Source: Escherichia phage EAWsc9. From it: a stretch of DNA of 64,000 bases. Numbering within the stretch: the stretch's first letter is position 1; every line of letters starts with the position of its first letter. Both the position numbers and the translations under genes were made by a program. The notes under the pieces are model-generated. The model saw only the letters and a program-made list of their open reading frames with translations. It made no database searches and was not told the origin of the DNA. The stretch is from sequence record PQ341120.1. One strand, 5' to 3'. Below, piece after piece: positions 17,182-27,093 of this stretch.

Positions 17182-18995
17182 TGGTGTTTAACCCTATGCA
17201 TGATTTCTTTATTTTTGCCGAGATTAAATCCGCGCTCGTTCGGATTTCCCAAATAACCACAAGTTCTTCTTATTGTGTTCATCTTTTTAGGGTCAGTTTC
17301 TCCACAAATAGAACAAACAAATCCGTTTTCAGTAGGAGTCATTTCATGGGTACTTCCACACGTAAAACATTTATCTACTGGCATGTTAACACCAAAATAA
17401 TCTAAATGTTGCGCAGCATAATCCCATACAGCCTCAAGACCTTTTAAGTTATTTTTCATATCAGGAAGTTCAACATAAGAAATGTGACCACCTGTCGCAA
17501 TGAAATGATATGGAGCTTCGCGGGAAATCTTTTCAAACGGGGTGATATTTTCTTCTACTGAAACATGGAAACTATTAGTGTACCAGCCTTTATCAGTAAC
17601 ATCCTTTACACTTCCATATTTTTCAGTATCAAGTTTACAGAAGCGATAACAAAGGTTTTCAGCAGGTGTAGAATACAAGCTAAAAGCAAAACCGGTTCTT
17701 TCAGTCCACTGCTTAAGACGAGCATTCATTTTAGTCAAAATTTCCTGTCCAATATCACGACCGACAAGAATATTCAATTCGTGAATACCAATGTATCCCA
17801 AAGACACTGAACTTCTACCGTTTTTAAATAACTCAATTATATCATCATCAGGTTTAAGACGAACCCCGAATGCACCTTCTTGGTAAAGAATAGGAGCAAC
17901 AGTCGCTTTAACTCCTTTTAAGGAATTAATTCTACACATCAAAGCTTCAAAACACAAATCCATTCGCTCATTGAACAATTCGATAAATTTCTGTTCATTG
18001 AACTGTGTTCCAATATAAGAATCTAACGCAATGCGAGGAAGATTCAGTGTTACAACGCCAAGATTATTACGTCCATCAAGAATTTCATTGCCAGTCGAAT
18101 CTTTCCATAAGCTCAAGAAACTACGGCAACCCATTGGAGAAACAGGAATAGATGAACCAGTGATAGCTTTATTATTCTTAACTGAAATAATATCAGGATA
18201 CATCCTTTTGCTTGCACACTCTAGAGCAAGCTGCTTAATATCATAGTTCGGGTCGTCTTTATAAAGATTAACACCTTCTTCAACGAACATAACAAGTTTA
18301 GGGAAAATAGGAGTTATCCCATCACGGCCAAGACCTTTGATACGATTTTTCAGAATTGCTTTCTGAATCATTCGTTCAGTCCAGTCAGTTCCCGTACCAA
18401 ATGTAATGGTTACAAAAGGCGTTTGTCCGTTTGAACTAAAGAGAGTATTTACTTCATATTCATAAGCTTGGAATGCATCGTATACGTCTTTTTCTGTTTT
18501 AGATTGGGCGTAATTCAATGCATCAGTGATTTGCCATTTTTCTGCATCTTCAATATGTTTTGCGTATGTACGTTTAACATAAGGAGAAAATACTTTGTCT
18601 ACATTAGCAAAAGTCGTTCCACCATATTGGTGAGAAGCAACCTGTGCAGTAATTTGTGCCATAATTGCAGTAGCAACACCAATTGATTTAGGAGTTTCAA
18701 TCTGTGCGTTACCAAGCTTAAATCCGTTCTCAAGCATTCCTTTTAAATCTACTAAACAGCAATTAGTAAATGGAAGAGCAGGGGAATAATCAATATCATG
18801 GAAATGAATAATTCCACTTTCATGTGCTTTCATAATAAAAGACGCAACCATATTTTTGGCAATGTGTTTAGATACAATACCAGCCATAAGGTCCCGTTGA
18901 GTTGGAAAAACACGAGAATCTTTATTAGCATTCTCGTTTAAAAGGTCTTTATTAGTTTTATGAATCAATCCTTCAATTTCGTTTTCAATTGTCAT
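17178..18995 (-). CDS. nrdD: Anaerobic ribonucleoside-triphosphate reductase NrdD
   Basis: 605 aa (as T4 NrdD); C-terminal zinc ribbon CFTCGS...CSICG and glycyl-radical motif RRTCGYLG; ORF is uninterrupted (no intron). Confidence 0.95.
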   Translation of the reverse strand: MTIENEIEGLIHKTNKDLLNENANKDSRVFPTQRDLMAGIVSKHIAKNMVASFIMKAHESGIIHFHDIDYSPALPFTNCCLVDLKGMLENGFKLGNAQIETPKSIGVATAIMAQITAQVASHQYGGTTFANVDKVFSPYVKRTYAKHIEDAEKWQITDALNYAQSKTEKDVYDAFQAYEYEVNTLFSSNGQTPFVTITFGTGTDWTERMIQKAILKNRIKGLGRDGITPIFPKLVMFVEEGVNLYKDDPNYDIKQLALECASKRMYPDIISVKNNKAITGSSIPVSPMGCRSFLSLWKDSTGNEILDGRNNLGVVTLNLPRIALDSYIGTQFNEQKFIELFNERMDLCFEALMCRINSLKGVKATVAPILYQEGAFGVRLKPDDDIIELFKNGRSSVSLGYIGIHELNILVGRDIGQEILTKMNARLKQWTERTGFAFSLYSTPAENLCYRFCKLDTEKYGSVKDVTDKGWYTNSFHVSVEENITPFEKISREAPYHFIATGGHISYVELPDMKNNLKGLEAVWDYAAQHLDYFGVNMPVDKCFTCGSTHEMTPTENGFVCSICGETDPKKMNTIRRTCGYLGNPNERGFNLGKNKEIMHRVKHQ

Positions 18996-19465
18996 TTTAA
19001 ACTCTTTCTAAGCTGCTTCTTAAATGAAGCCATTAATTGTGTTTTGGTGTCAGATTCATTATAAGTCATACCATTCAAAAGCATTTCCCGAATCATTTCT
19101 TCTTTCCCCAGACGACCGAACTCTTTGGCTTTGTCTGTTACAAAATTGGGGTGAATATTGTTTTCGGTATAATCAGATTTCAGATAGACAAGCAAACTCT
19201 CTAACCATTCCAGGTAGTCAACATCGCGACTTTTCAGACCCGAACGGCTGAACTTATGCTTCATTTGTCCTTCTGTCCCATTGCACAGATTGCATAGTAA
19301 CCCGCGAACCTTACCAGCTTTTGGCCCGTTCAATTCGTGGTCATGGTCAAGATGGTTGGCCTGAACATCGGAGTCCAAATCACGGTGGCAAATTGGACAC
19401 TTACCAGCTTGTGCATCATAAAGTTTTTGTTTTTCTTCTTTGTATAATTTGCCAGTCAACAACAT
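18992..19465 (-). CDS. 49: Endonuclease VII gp49 (Holliday junction resolvase)
   Basis: 157 aa; MLLTGKLYKEEKQK...HLDHDHELNGPKAGKVRGLLCNLCN matches T4 endo VII. Confidence 0.95.
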   Translation of the reverse strand: MLLTGKLYKEEKQKLYDAQAGKCPICHRDLDSDVQANHLDHDHELNGPKAGKVRGLLCNLCNGTEGQMKHKFSRSGLKSRDVDYLEWLESLLVYLKSDYTENNIHPNFVTDKAKEFGRLGKEEMIREMLLNGMTYNESDTKTQLMASFKKQLRKSLK

Positions 19466-19676
19466 AATAAACCCTTACCATTATTAGATAAGGGTATTTA
19501 TTAAATCTTATAAAACGCGCGGTGTAACCGTTTAAATTGACGAATCATCTTTTTAGTAGGACGAGTATACAATCCCACACAGGTGGCCATAAACTGGTCG
19601 GTAGGACTTCCTTTAATAAGAAGTTTCCAGACCTTGTCACCATTTAACTTTTCAGTATAGACTAATGCAGTTTTCA

Positions 19677-19949
19677 TTAAACAATCCTAAAACAAGGATA
19701 ATGACATTCAACGTTACCATTATCAATTATCATATACTCAGTGATACAGGTCCATGACCCTTCAATTTCTATGGTATCAAAAAGGTATTCATCTGTTTCA
19801 ACAACGTCCCAAACATTACATTCAACATCAGGGTCAAAACGTTGTCTTAACGCATGGATAACATCACCATTTTTAAATCCTGCGTCTTGAAGCTCTTTCA
19901 TAAAACCTGATTGAGCAGCCGCATGAATATTAACAATTTCTAAAAACAT
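19677..19949 (-). CDS. Hypothetical protein
   Basis: 90 aa ORF. Confidence 0.5.
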   Translation of the reverse strand: MFLEIVNIHAAAQSGFMKELQDAGFKNGDVIHALRQRFDPDVECNVWDVVETDEYLFDTIEIEGSWTCITEYMIIDNGNVECHYPCFRIV

Positions 19950-20239
19950 TAAAAGGCCTCATCAGCAAAGCGAAGTTGAGCTTCAAGCCAATGGATATAA
20001 TCCGCCGCGGCAAAAATTAAAGCAGATTCTTCATCAGGTAACTTACGGGAATCCGACAGTTCATAAAGTGATTTTTCAATCAGGCGGCCTTTATGACGGC
20101 CAATTTCAATTTTGGTACTCATATCCAAACTCCATATCGATTAAATCATTGTTTGAAGGTTCATTATAATCTATTTCGGAATCGTTGTAAACAGGTTCCT
20201 CTGGCTCGACGGTTTCCCATCGAGCGGTATACCATGGTT

Positions 20240-20560
20240 TTATAGCGTAATCCATTCTCTGATAGTTTGGGTTACGACACGTTCTTGGAGCTTAACCAGT
20301 TCAACAGTCGGGACCATATGGTCCCAGTCGGTATGATAAGAACCGGTACGAGTTTCGTTTACAGCCACATGCACATTATGTTTTTTGCTGAAATAAATTG
20401 CCTGGCGATATTGGTATTTGCCGGTTTGTGTCCATTCGCCTAATTCAACCGGAACCAGGTAGTCCGAAAATTCAAACTCGTATGATTCAGTAAACGCATC
20501 ATGGTCTTCAATGATTTCGCTTAAAACAGCATCAACATCTAATTCATTTTCAATAGTCAT
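20240..20560 (-). CDS. Hypothetical acidic protein
   Basis: 106 aa ORF. Confidence 0.5.
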   Translation of the reverse strand: MTIENELDVDAVLSEIIEDHDAFTESYEFEFSDYLVPVELGEWTQTGKYQYRQAIYFSKKHNVHVAVNETRTGSYHTDWDHMVPTVELVKLQERVVTQTIREWITL

Positions 20561-20865
20561 TGGTCACTCCAATAGCTTGATACTTCAAAATCAGGCTCGC
20601 CGTCGTCCCAGTACCAGGGACCCACCGGATGCCAATCGCCATGCTTATCTTCTTCATATTCTATAGATTCAAGCCCAACGTATTGCCATTGGACTTCATA
20701 AGCAGTGCCGCCGATTACAACAGTGTTCTCACCATACGGGTTAGCCACAGCAAAGTCAATACCTTCTTCCTTTGCCAGGGCGACCATGTATTCGTATAGT
20801 TTATATTCCAGGTCGTCTTCGTTGCCATCACCCAGATAAATTGTTTGTCCGTCTAATTCACTCAT
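20557..20865 (-). CDS. Hypothetical strongly acidic protein
   Basis: 102 aa ORF, very high D/E/Y/W content. Confidence 0.5.
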   Translation of the reverse strand: MSELDGQTIYLGDGNEDDLEYKLYEYMVALAKEEGIDFAVANPYGENTVVIGGTAYEVQWQYVGLESIEYEEDKHGDWHPVGPWYWDDGEPDFEVSSYWSDQ

Positions 20866-21050
20866 AATTCCACCATAAATTCAAATAACTGGTCGCGTAC
20901 ACAAGTATCAGTCCAACCCCATTCGTTGGCTTCTTCTTTTAACCAATCCGGGAGATTTGCCAATACGGTTTCTTTACTAGGCGCAGGAGTATCAAACTCT
21001 CTTGCAAACTCTCTTGCGCAGGTTTTATAGGCCATATCAAATTCGGTCAT
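20862..21050 (-). CDS. Hypothetical small acidic protein
   Basis: 62 aa ORF. Confidence 0.45.
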   Translation of the reverse strand: MTEFDMAYKTCAREFAREFDTPAPSKETVLANLPDWLKEEANEWGWTDTCVRDQLFEFMVEL

Positions 21051-21210
21051 TTAAAGTTCCAGAATGAAGCACCAACCAGAAATAAAGGCCAACAAATCAT
21101 AGACGTCAGCCACCAACAAAAGTCACCTGCACCGAAATCATCTAATTTAGCTAGGGTCTTAGCATAACCAATACCGATGATAAGATACAAAATACCCAAC
21201 AATAATTCAA

Positions 21211-21474
21211 TCATTTAAAATATTCTCGCAGTTCAGTGAATCCGCCAATATGACTTCCGTCAGGAGCAAATACTTGCGGCATGGTCAAACCAATTTGAGA
21301 TTCGCGACCAAGTGCAGCCAGGAGTTGGGCAATCTTCTCATCATCAAACACACCTTTTTCTGGCATAACGTTGATGAACTCGTAAGGTTGTTTTTTAACA
21401 TCCAAAAAACGTTTTGCATTATCGCAGAATACACAGCGATGAATAGATGAATCATAACCATATACTTTAAACAT
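21211..21474 (-). CDS. nrdC: Thioredoxin/glutaredoxin NrdC
   Basis: 87 aa; MFKVYGYDSSIHRCVFCDNAKRFL... CxxC motif; near-identical to T4 NrdC. Confidence 0.92.
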   Translation of the reverse strand: MFKVYGYDSSIHRCVFCDNAKRFLDVKKQPYEFINVMPEKGVFDDEKIAQLLAALGRESQIGLTMPQVFAPDGSHIGGFTELREYFK

Positions 21475-21475
21475 A

Positions 21476-21718
21476 TTATTCCTTAATTCCTAATACTTGT
21501 TTGAAGGTCTCAGTATAATCGGGGTATTGACCGGTTTGTTCTTTATGTTTGACCATAATACCATAAACTTCTGAACGCATATTATTATATGAACGAGTTA
21601 AAGCAGATTTCAATACTGAATAACTATCCGGAAGTTTACCGTGTTCTTTATAATAGGCCAGAGTTAATTCACGGACCGCCTTATCAGCAGTCTCAAGATA
21701 TTCTTTACGCTTTGCCAT
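21476..21718 (-). CDS. Hypothetical protein
   Basis: ORF 21476..21733 trimmed to internal ATG. Confidence 0.45.
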   Translation of the reverse strand: MAKRKEYLETADKAVRELTLAYYKEHGKLPDSYSVLKSALTRSYNNMRSEVYGIMVKHKEQTGQYPDYTETFKQVLGIKE

Positions 21719-22049
21719 TTTCGTCTCGCTCAAATTTGTGTTTACAATGTCTGCATTTGTAACGAAGAGTACTAGTCTGCCAATGGACTAACTGGACCTG
21801 TTCAGTTCCGCATTCTGGACAGTTTGGAACACGTTTAGAAGCACGTTCACGCCGACGAACCATAGCCATTACCATATCCCAATCAGGAACCTGACTATAA
21901 TCATCACAGCCATGAATCTTTCCTAACTGCACAAGGTCAGCACCCTCAGCGTTTTCAATAAATTTTAAAAGACCTTTATTAACCCCCGCAGCGGGGGTCC
22001 ATTCTGGAAATGCAGTTTCTGCAATATCTTCAGCTAAACGTTGTTTCAT
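21705..22049 (-). CDS. Hypothetical protein with C-terminal zinc ribbon
   Basis: 114 aa; CPECG...CRHCKHKF. Confidence 0.5.
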   Translation of the reverse strand: MKQRLAEDIAETAFPEWTPAAGVNKGLLKFIENAEGADLVQLGKIHGCDDYSQVPDWDMVMAMVRRRERASKRVPNCPECGTEQVQLVHWQTSTLRYKCRHCKHKFERDENGKA

Positions 22050-23035
22050 TTCAGCAGCTCCAGAGCCTGTTCCAGTTTATCCAGACGATTAGTTGATTCT
22101 TCCCAAAGTCGCTTGGCTTTGGTATAGTCTTCAGTTGCCTTTTTATTAACAGCAAGAGCTTTATTATACGCCATTTCCAGAGCAACAATTTCAGGCGCTT
22201 TTTGTTCCACTGGCTCATTATTCAGATTATCAATCAGGTCTTCAAGGGTGGTTTCTTGCGGAGCATTCATAATTTCCTCACTTTTCTTTTTATAAATTTC
22301 TGCATCAGTTGGTTGTTTTGCGCATTTAACTTCGCGTAATGTCACCACAATTTTCCAACCTTTCCAACCATGAGTACTGGTGATAGGGTCTACTTTAATT
22401 TTTTCAACAGTACGCATATAATTAAGGGCACACTGCATCTGTGAAGTAAGCGTACTCGCAGCATCAAAATACTTTTTGACATTTTCTGGAGTAGCCACTG
22501 GCGTAAAGAATCCATACTTAGCTGTAATAATTACCTGGTTTTCACCAGACTCTTTAACCTTGACCATGTGCTCAGCCAAATGGGAGATAGTGCGATAATC
22601 GCCACCCATCAGCTTTGTTGCTGATTTGATGATAGACATTTTGTTATCTCTGAATTCACGAGCCCAGCAATTTGCGAATTCAGAAACAGTATAGCCTTGA
22701 TTATCAAGGTAGTATTTTTCAACATCACCAAACCAATGATATCCAATTGTACCTTTACCACGTCTGGATTCAACACCAAACTTATTAAGAAGGTCTTTAT
22801 TAACTAGGTATGCCAGGACTCGGGAACCTTTAAAAGTTTTCTTGATATCATCTTTACCGGCACGACTCGCAATAGTCGCAATGTCTTTCTTGAAGCGACC
22901 GGATGCAACAATCGTCGAGTCAATCTGATTTAACCAGTAATTGATAATTAAAAGGATAGCCGATTCACCTATTAATGGTTTTACTTTTGCATCGATAGTG
23001 GTGTTAAAGGCCTGGATATATTCGTTACGCGTCAT
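22046..23035 (-). CDS. Hypothetical protein with C-terminal coiled coil
   Basis: 329 aa ORF. Confidence 0.55.
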   Translation of the reverse strand: MTRNEYIQAFNTTIDAKVKPLIGESAILLIINYWLNQIDSTIVASGRFKKDIATIASRAGKDDIKKTFKGSRVLAYLVNKDLLNKFGVESRRGKGTIGYHWFGDVEKYYLDNQGYTVSEFANCWAREFRDNKMSIIKSATKLMGGDYRTISHLAEHMVKVKESGENQVIITAKYGFFTPVATPENVKKYFDAASTLTSQMQCALNYMRTVEKIKVDPITSTHGWKGWKIVVTLREVKCAKQPTDAEIYKKKSEEIMNAPQETTLEDLIDNLNNEPVEQKAPEIVALEMAYNKALAVNKKATEDYTKAKRLWEESTNRLDKLEQALELLK

Positions 23036-23093
23036 AGTGTTCTCCTCATAAAGTAGGAATTCATTATACTCCCTCCATCCTTGGAAGTAAACA

Positions 23094-23993
23094 TTATTTT
23101 AATGCTAAAATCGCCGCCTGCAATTTATTGCGTTGTTTTTCCATGTTCTTGATGCGATTCAGAACATCCTGGATACCCTTTTTCTCATCTTCAATCAGAC
23201 CGTTTAAGCGGTTGACTGATTCCTGGATAGCATCAGCATGATAGCTCTCAATAGGCTTCATTGGTGGGTTAAAGATTTCAAGAGAGCTGTTTGGCTGGAT
23301 TTTCCATTGATACATATTTTTAACTTCCAGTGGTGAAATTTTAGCCTGGTCGTAAGATTTAAACTGACCTGTAACTGCTGGGTTATATGCTGCAGTAGGG
23401 GTTTCCATTTCTGGTTCCTTTTTCTCTTGATAAGGAGCATAAGACAAAAGATATTCTTTAGTTAATTTAATATCAATGACTATAGTTTTAAGGAATTTTT
23501 CTGTTTGATGGATATAATTTGTATCTTCTTCAAACGTGTATGCTTCAACGGCATGACGCATATAAAACAGAGCAATACCCATAACCTCTTTAAAGGTATC
23601 ACAAAGAGCAACATCACCCTTAGTAGTTGGCTTGAACTTAATCTGCACGCCATCGTTCTTGATATTAATAATCAAGTTATCGGAGTTAAAATTATAGTTC
23701 TTGATGTTAACCGGAGCCTTGCGAATACGAAGCCCTGCAGCCAGGATTTCCTTAATGCTCTTACGAACTGTGGCACCAAACAAAAACGCAGGGCGGCGGC
23801 AGTAATCATTCAGAGAGTTAATTCTTACAATACGTTGTCCATACCCCTGGGTGGCAGAACCTGATTTGATTTTACCAAAGTTAACCAGAGAATTCATCGC
23901 GATAAGACGGGTTGCACGACCTTCACGCTGTTCAAATCGAGAATATTCTTTACGTGTTTTAATTTTCATATCATAATCCAAATAATTTTTCAT
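23094..23993 (-). CDS. Hypothetical protein with C-terminal coiled coil
   Basis: ORF 23094..24005 trimmed to internal ATG. Confidence 0.55.
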   Translation of the reverse strand: MKNYLDYDMKIKTRKEYSRFEQREGRATRLIAMNSLVNFGKIKSGSATQGYGQRIVRINSLNDYCRRPAFLFGATVRKSIKEILAAGLRIRKAPVNIKNYNFNSDNLIINIKNDGVQIKFKPTTKGDVALCDTFKEVMGIALFYMRHAVEAYTFEEDTNYIHQTEKFLKTIVIDIKLTKEYLLSYAPYQEKKEPEMETPTAAYNPAVTGQFKSYDQAKISPLEVKNMYQWKIQPNSSLEIFNPPMKPIESYHADAIQESVNRLNGLIEDEKKGIQDVLNRIKNMEKQRNKLQAAILALK

Positions 23994-24186
23994 AGAGTTT
24001 AGCAAAAGGCCAGGTCACACACATTATAACAGCGACTACCCAGAATATAGGCCAGCAAAATGTTGTGAACGCCGCATCATACTCGTCCCCACTTTCGTAG
24101 GGACTATCAAACTTGTGGAGCAACAGGGTAGTAATAAAACCTATCACAAGATAACCAAAAATAATACTGATAATCAAAATGGTCAT
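23971..24186 (-). CDS. Hypothetical small membrane protein
   Basis: ORF 23971..24207 trimmed to internal ATG with AAGGA upstream; two hydrophobic helices. Confidence 0.45.
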   Translation of the reverse strand: MTILIISIIFGYLVIGFITTLLLHKFDSPYESGDEYDAAFTTFCWPIFWVVAVIMCVTWPFAKLYEKLFGL

Positions 24187-24187
24187 A

Positions 24188-25033
24188 TTAATCCTTAAGC
24201 AATTCAATAACGTTCATCAGTTTCTGACGTTCGGCTTTCGCTGCATTGTTCAGTCCTGACAGACGGAAAATTTCATCATCTTGTTGCTGGATGGTGATGT
24301 TAAGCTCTTCAATCTGTTTAGTGAAAAGCTCAATTTGCTCTGAATATTTTTCATTGCTTCGCACTGGTACGGGTTCCATTTTAGGAGCTTGTTCTGAATG
24401 TTCTTCAGCCAGGTCTTTAATTTTATAAAGTTTAATACGTTGACCTACTCCAGTTTCAGCATCACCAAAACTAAGAACGCCGTGTTGTTCTAATTCAGAC
24501 AGGGCCAAGCGCAGATGGAACTTCCAGTTGTCATATTGACAACCACTAAAAGTTGAAATGGTATACTCATTTTCATTTCCGGGGTGGTTAACAATATTAA
24601 AGATAATCCAATCACCTGAACCGTTAGTCTTAAATGTCATTTGTTTATCAAGACCTTTTGCAAGACGAGCACCAAGGGCCAGTAGACGACGTTGATTAGT
24701 ATTAAGGTCTTTAACAACTTCGCCAAATGACATCGCCGGGATTAAACGACCATAAAGGTCGTAGCCTTTGTTATAATTTTTAAGAATAATTTTGGCATTA
24801 GCACGAGACAACATACCTGTTTTACGAAGAGTTTTCATGACTCGGTCTTCTAAGGTAAACGAACCTTTAGTCTTGTCAAAGATTTTAGTGAAGTCATCTT
24901 TAACAGTACAAACATTGAACTTGTCCCACATCATATATAGGACCTTTTCAACCACTTCTTTAGTGCTTGGAATACGACCGAATTTAACAACTTTTTTAAC
25001 TTCAGAACGAATTTCATTAATTGCTTGCGACAT
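24188..25033 (-). CDS. Hypothetical protein with C-terminal coiled coil
   Basis: 281 aa ORF. Confidence 0.55.
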   Translation of the reverse strand: MSQAINEIRSEVKKVVKFGRIPSTKEVVEKVLYMMWDKFNVCTVKDDFTKIFDKTKGSFTLEDRVMKTLRKTGMLSRANAKIILKNYNKGYDLYGRLIPAMSFGEVVKDLNTNQRRLLALGARLAKGLDKQMTFKTNGSGDWIIFNIVNHPGNENEYTISTFSGCQYDNWKFHLRLALSELEQHGVLSFGDAETGVGQRIKLYKIKDLAEEHSEQAPKMEPVPVRSNEKYSEQIELFTKQIEELNITIQQQDDEIFRLSGLNNAAKAERQKLMNVIELLKD

Positions 25034-25096
25034 AATAATTTCCTCAATAGATTAATCAAAGGTCAGAACCATTATACCATCCTTGGTATAAAGCGT

Positions 25097-25621
25097 TTAT
25101 GCGAGAACCGTCTTTAAACGCTCTTCAAACTTCTGAAGGAGTACCTGGCGCTCTGCTCTTTGTTTGGTATAGGTTTCAATACGCTCTGAAGTGAGATTGT
25201 ATTGTTCATTAACTGATTCCCTCATGAATTCAGGAATCTCTTTACATGCTTTGATTTCATTGAACTTATCAAGCACCGCTTGTTGTTCAGCAATCAGACC
25301 ATCATAATATTGGATATCTGATTTGATGTTTTGTACATCAGATTCAGTAGGCATATTTTTCTTCGCTCTTGTCGCCTGATACTCTGCATTAGTCTCTCTT
25401 GACCAGAACAAAGAGCGATTTTTGTTGGTGTTTTTATACACATCAACAATACCTACTGAATCAACAGTCACAATCCAGTTCCAGGCGTTTTTATAAGTTT
25501 GACCACCTGATACTGTAATCTCACCCGCACAAGCAACATCATTAAAGAACTTGCTTTGTGCTTCTGATTTAAAATTACCATTATTGTAATTAATCAGATT
25601 AAAGATTGATTTGGCTTCCAT
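25097..25621 (-). CDS. Hypothetical protein behind repeated promoter/leader cassette
   Basis: ORF 25097..25687 trimmed to internal ATG preceded by conserved leader ...cactggagaataaaATG. Confidence 0.5.
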   Translation of the reverse strand: MEAKSIFNLINYNNGNFKSEAQSKFFNDVACAGEITVSGGQTYKNAWNWIVTVDSVGIVDVYKNTNKNRSLFWSRETNAEYQATRAKKNMPTESDVQNIKSDIQYYDGLIAEQQAVLDKFNEIKACKEIPEFMRESVNEQYNLTSERIETYTKQRAERQVLLQKFEERLKTVLA

Positions 25622-25689
25622 TTTATTCTCCAGTATTTGGTAACTCAGTATGGGAACATTATACGCCCATCCCCATACCATGTACACAT

Positions 25690-25992
25690 TTAATTAAAAG
25701 TTCTTTCAGTATTTTCACCACTGAACCAGACGCTCTTAACGGCTTGCTGGGCGCGATGTAGCTGCTCTGCCATATAAACACCAAGGGCCTCAGCCTTACG
25801 TGTCCTGTGGGCTTCTGCGGCGACTATTTGCAACTTATCCATCATGATAAGAGCTTTACATTTCTCCTTCAGAGCATATCGCTTCTTCTCTTCTGGAGTT
25901 TTGACCATTCCTCTTAACTTGTGCATTTTCAACTTAAAATGGTCAGCAGATTTCAGACATGCCTCAATCATGTCAAGTTCATACTTTTTCAT
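25690..25992 (-). CDS. Hypothetical protein
   Basis: 100 aa ORF. Confidence 0.5.
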   Translation of the reverse strand: MKKYELDMIEACLKSADHFKLKMHKLRGMVKTPEEKKRYALKEKCKALIMMDKLQIVAAEAHRTRKAEALGVYMAEQLHRAQQAVKSVWFSGENTERTFN

Positions 25993-25998
25993 AATTCC

Positions 25999-26205
25999 TC
26001 ACTTGCGACGACGTTTTGGTAATGGTTTAGGGAAGAACATTGCTTTACCTGCAGGGGTCAAAGTCACACGCAAAGCATTACCAATACCAAGGGATGCTTT
26101 AACCAGACCTTTGGCTTTTAACTCACCAAATGCTTGACGTTGTTCAGGGTCACGAGTGTTAACCATCAGACCTTTTTCACCAGCAGCTTTGATTAATTCT
26201 AACAT
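25999..26205 (-). CDS. Hypothetical small basic protein
   Basis: 68 aa ORF preceded by conserved leader cassette. Confidence 0.5.
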   Translation of the reverse strand: MLELIKAAGEKGLMVNTRDPEQRQAFGELKAKGLVKASLGIGNALRVTLTPAGKAMFFPKPLPKRRRK

Positions 26206-26246
26206 TTTATTCTCCGTTTGTTTATTTGGTAACTCAGTATGAAATC

Positions 26247-26276
26247 ATTATGCATCATGACCATCTGGTTGTACAC
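26247..26276 (-). promoter_or_regulatory. Early promoter (GTGTAC-18-CATAAT) of repeated cassette family
   Basis: Same cassette recurs at 25622-25690, 45004-45086, 45555-45636, 46063-46140. Confidence 0.4.
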
Positions 26277-26322
26277 ATATACTAAATAAAAATACTTAAT
26301 AAAACCATAAAGGAGAAAGTTT

Positions 26323-27069
26323 ATGATTTTATCCGGAAGAACTGTTGATGAACTCAATGAAAAAGTCCAGGCTGCCTTGGCTAATAATTGGTATTTGTTT
26401 GGTTCTACTATGGTGTTGCCGAATACCCCTACAGATAGCAAAGAGCGTTTTTTCCAAACTATGTCCAGCTCGGAAACTCAGATACCGGGCCCGCCTGGGC
26501 CAAAAGGAGACCCGGGTGTACCAGGACCAAAAGGAGACCCAGGCGGGGATGGAAAGTCTTCTTATCAGATATGGCTTGACTTGGGAAATACAGGAACTGT
26601 TGATGATTTTTTAACTGATACAGCAGGAAAGAGGGAAAAATCCGAGGTGTTTTGGAGTGGTATAAACGTTCTATTAACTAATGGTACGACTTCAAACATA
26701 ATTAGTGTTTTAAAGGGGATTCCACCGACTGCAGGGACTCTATCTCCGTTTTTTAGAACCACTGATGATAAGTTGTGGCCATATAACCAAGACAGAAGCC
26801 TAATGTTTAAACTCAACCTTATTGGTAATTTTGCAGGAGCCTCGCAAGCTCGAAGTATAACATTAAATTTCGTTGGAACCAACGGAAACACTTATATACA
26901 GAATCGTCCGGAAAATGCTACAGATATTTTGTCTTTTACAACGTTCTTTAGCATTGATAAAGATGGGGCAATGGCAACCAATGGTACAGCTATAACTGTT
27001 ATGCCAAATGGCGGCAACTTTACAATAACCTCTGCATTGTTAGTAGCCGAACAAACAGTGACTTCATAA
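26323..27069 (+). CDS. Collagen-like repeat protein with fibre-type C-terminal domain
   Basis: 248 aa plus-strand ORF; AGGAG 6 nt upstream of ATG; eight G-X-Y triplets (GPPGPKGDPGVPGPKGDPGGDGKS) then S-x-Y-Q-I-W-L motif typical of phage fibre proteins. Confidence 0.7.
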   Translation: MILSGRTVDELNEKVQAALANNWYLFGSTMVLPNTPTDSKERFFQTMSSSETQIPGPPGPKGDPGVPGPKGDPGGDGKSSYQIWLDLGNTGTVDDFLTDTAGKREKSEVFWSGINVLLTNGTTSNIISVLKGIPPTAGTLSPFFRTTDDKLWPYNQDRSLMFKLNLIGNFAGASQARSITLNFVGTNGNTYIQNRPENATDILSFTTFFSIDKDGAMATNGTAITVMPNGGNFTITSALLVAEQTVTS

Positions 27070-27075
27070 ACAAAA

Positions 27076-27093
27076 AAGGGCCATCCGGCCCTT
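27076..27093 (-). terminator. Hairpin terminator (minus-strand sense) abutting collagen-like gene stop
   Basis: Perfect 7 bp stem aagggcc/ggccctt with 4 nt loop; A6 on plus = U6 after hairpin on minus. Confidence 0.5.

Noticed and set aside
17178-18995. Checked nrdD (and 43) for group I introns or inserted homing endonuclease genes as in T4
   Set aside because: Both ORFs are uninterrupted and full length; no GIY-YIG or HNH endonuclease motifs were noticed in the flanking ORFs.
26206-26322. Late or middle promoter for the collagen-like gene
   Set aside because: Closest matches (ACTAAATA, TTGTAC-n17-ATACTT) deviate from the strict TATAAATA late consensus and from a good sigma70 -10, so no promoter feature was annotated.
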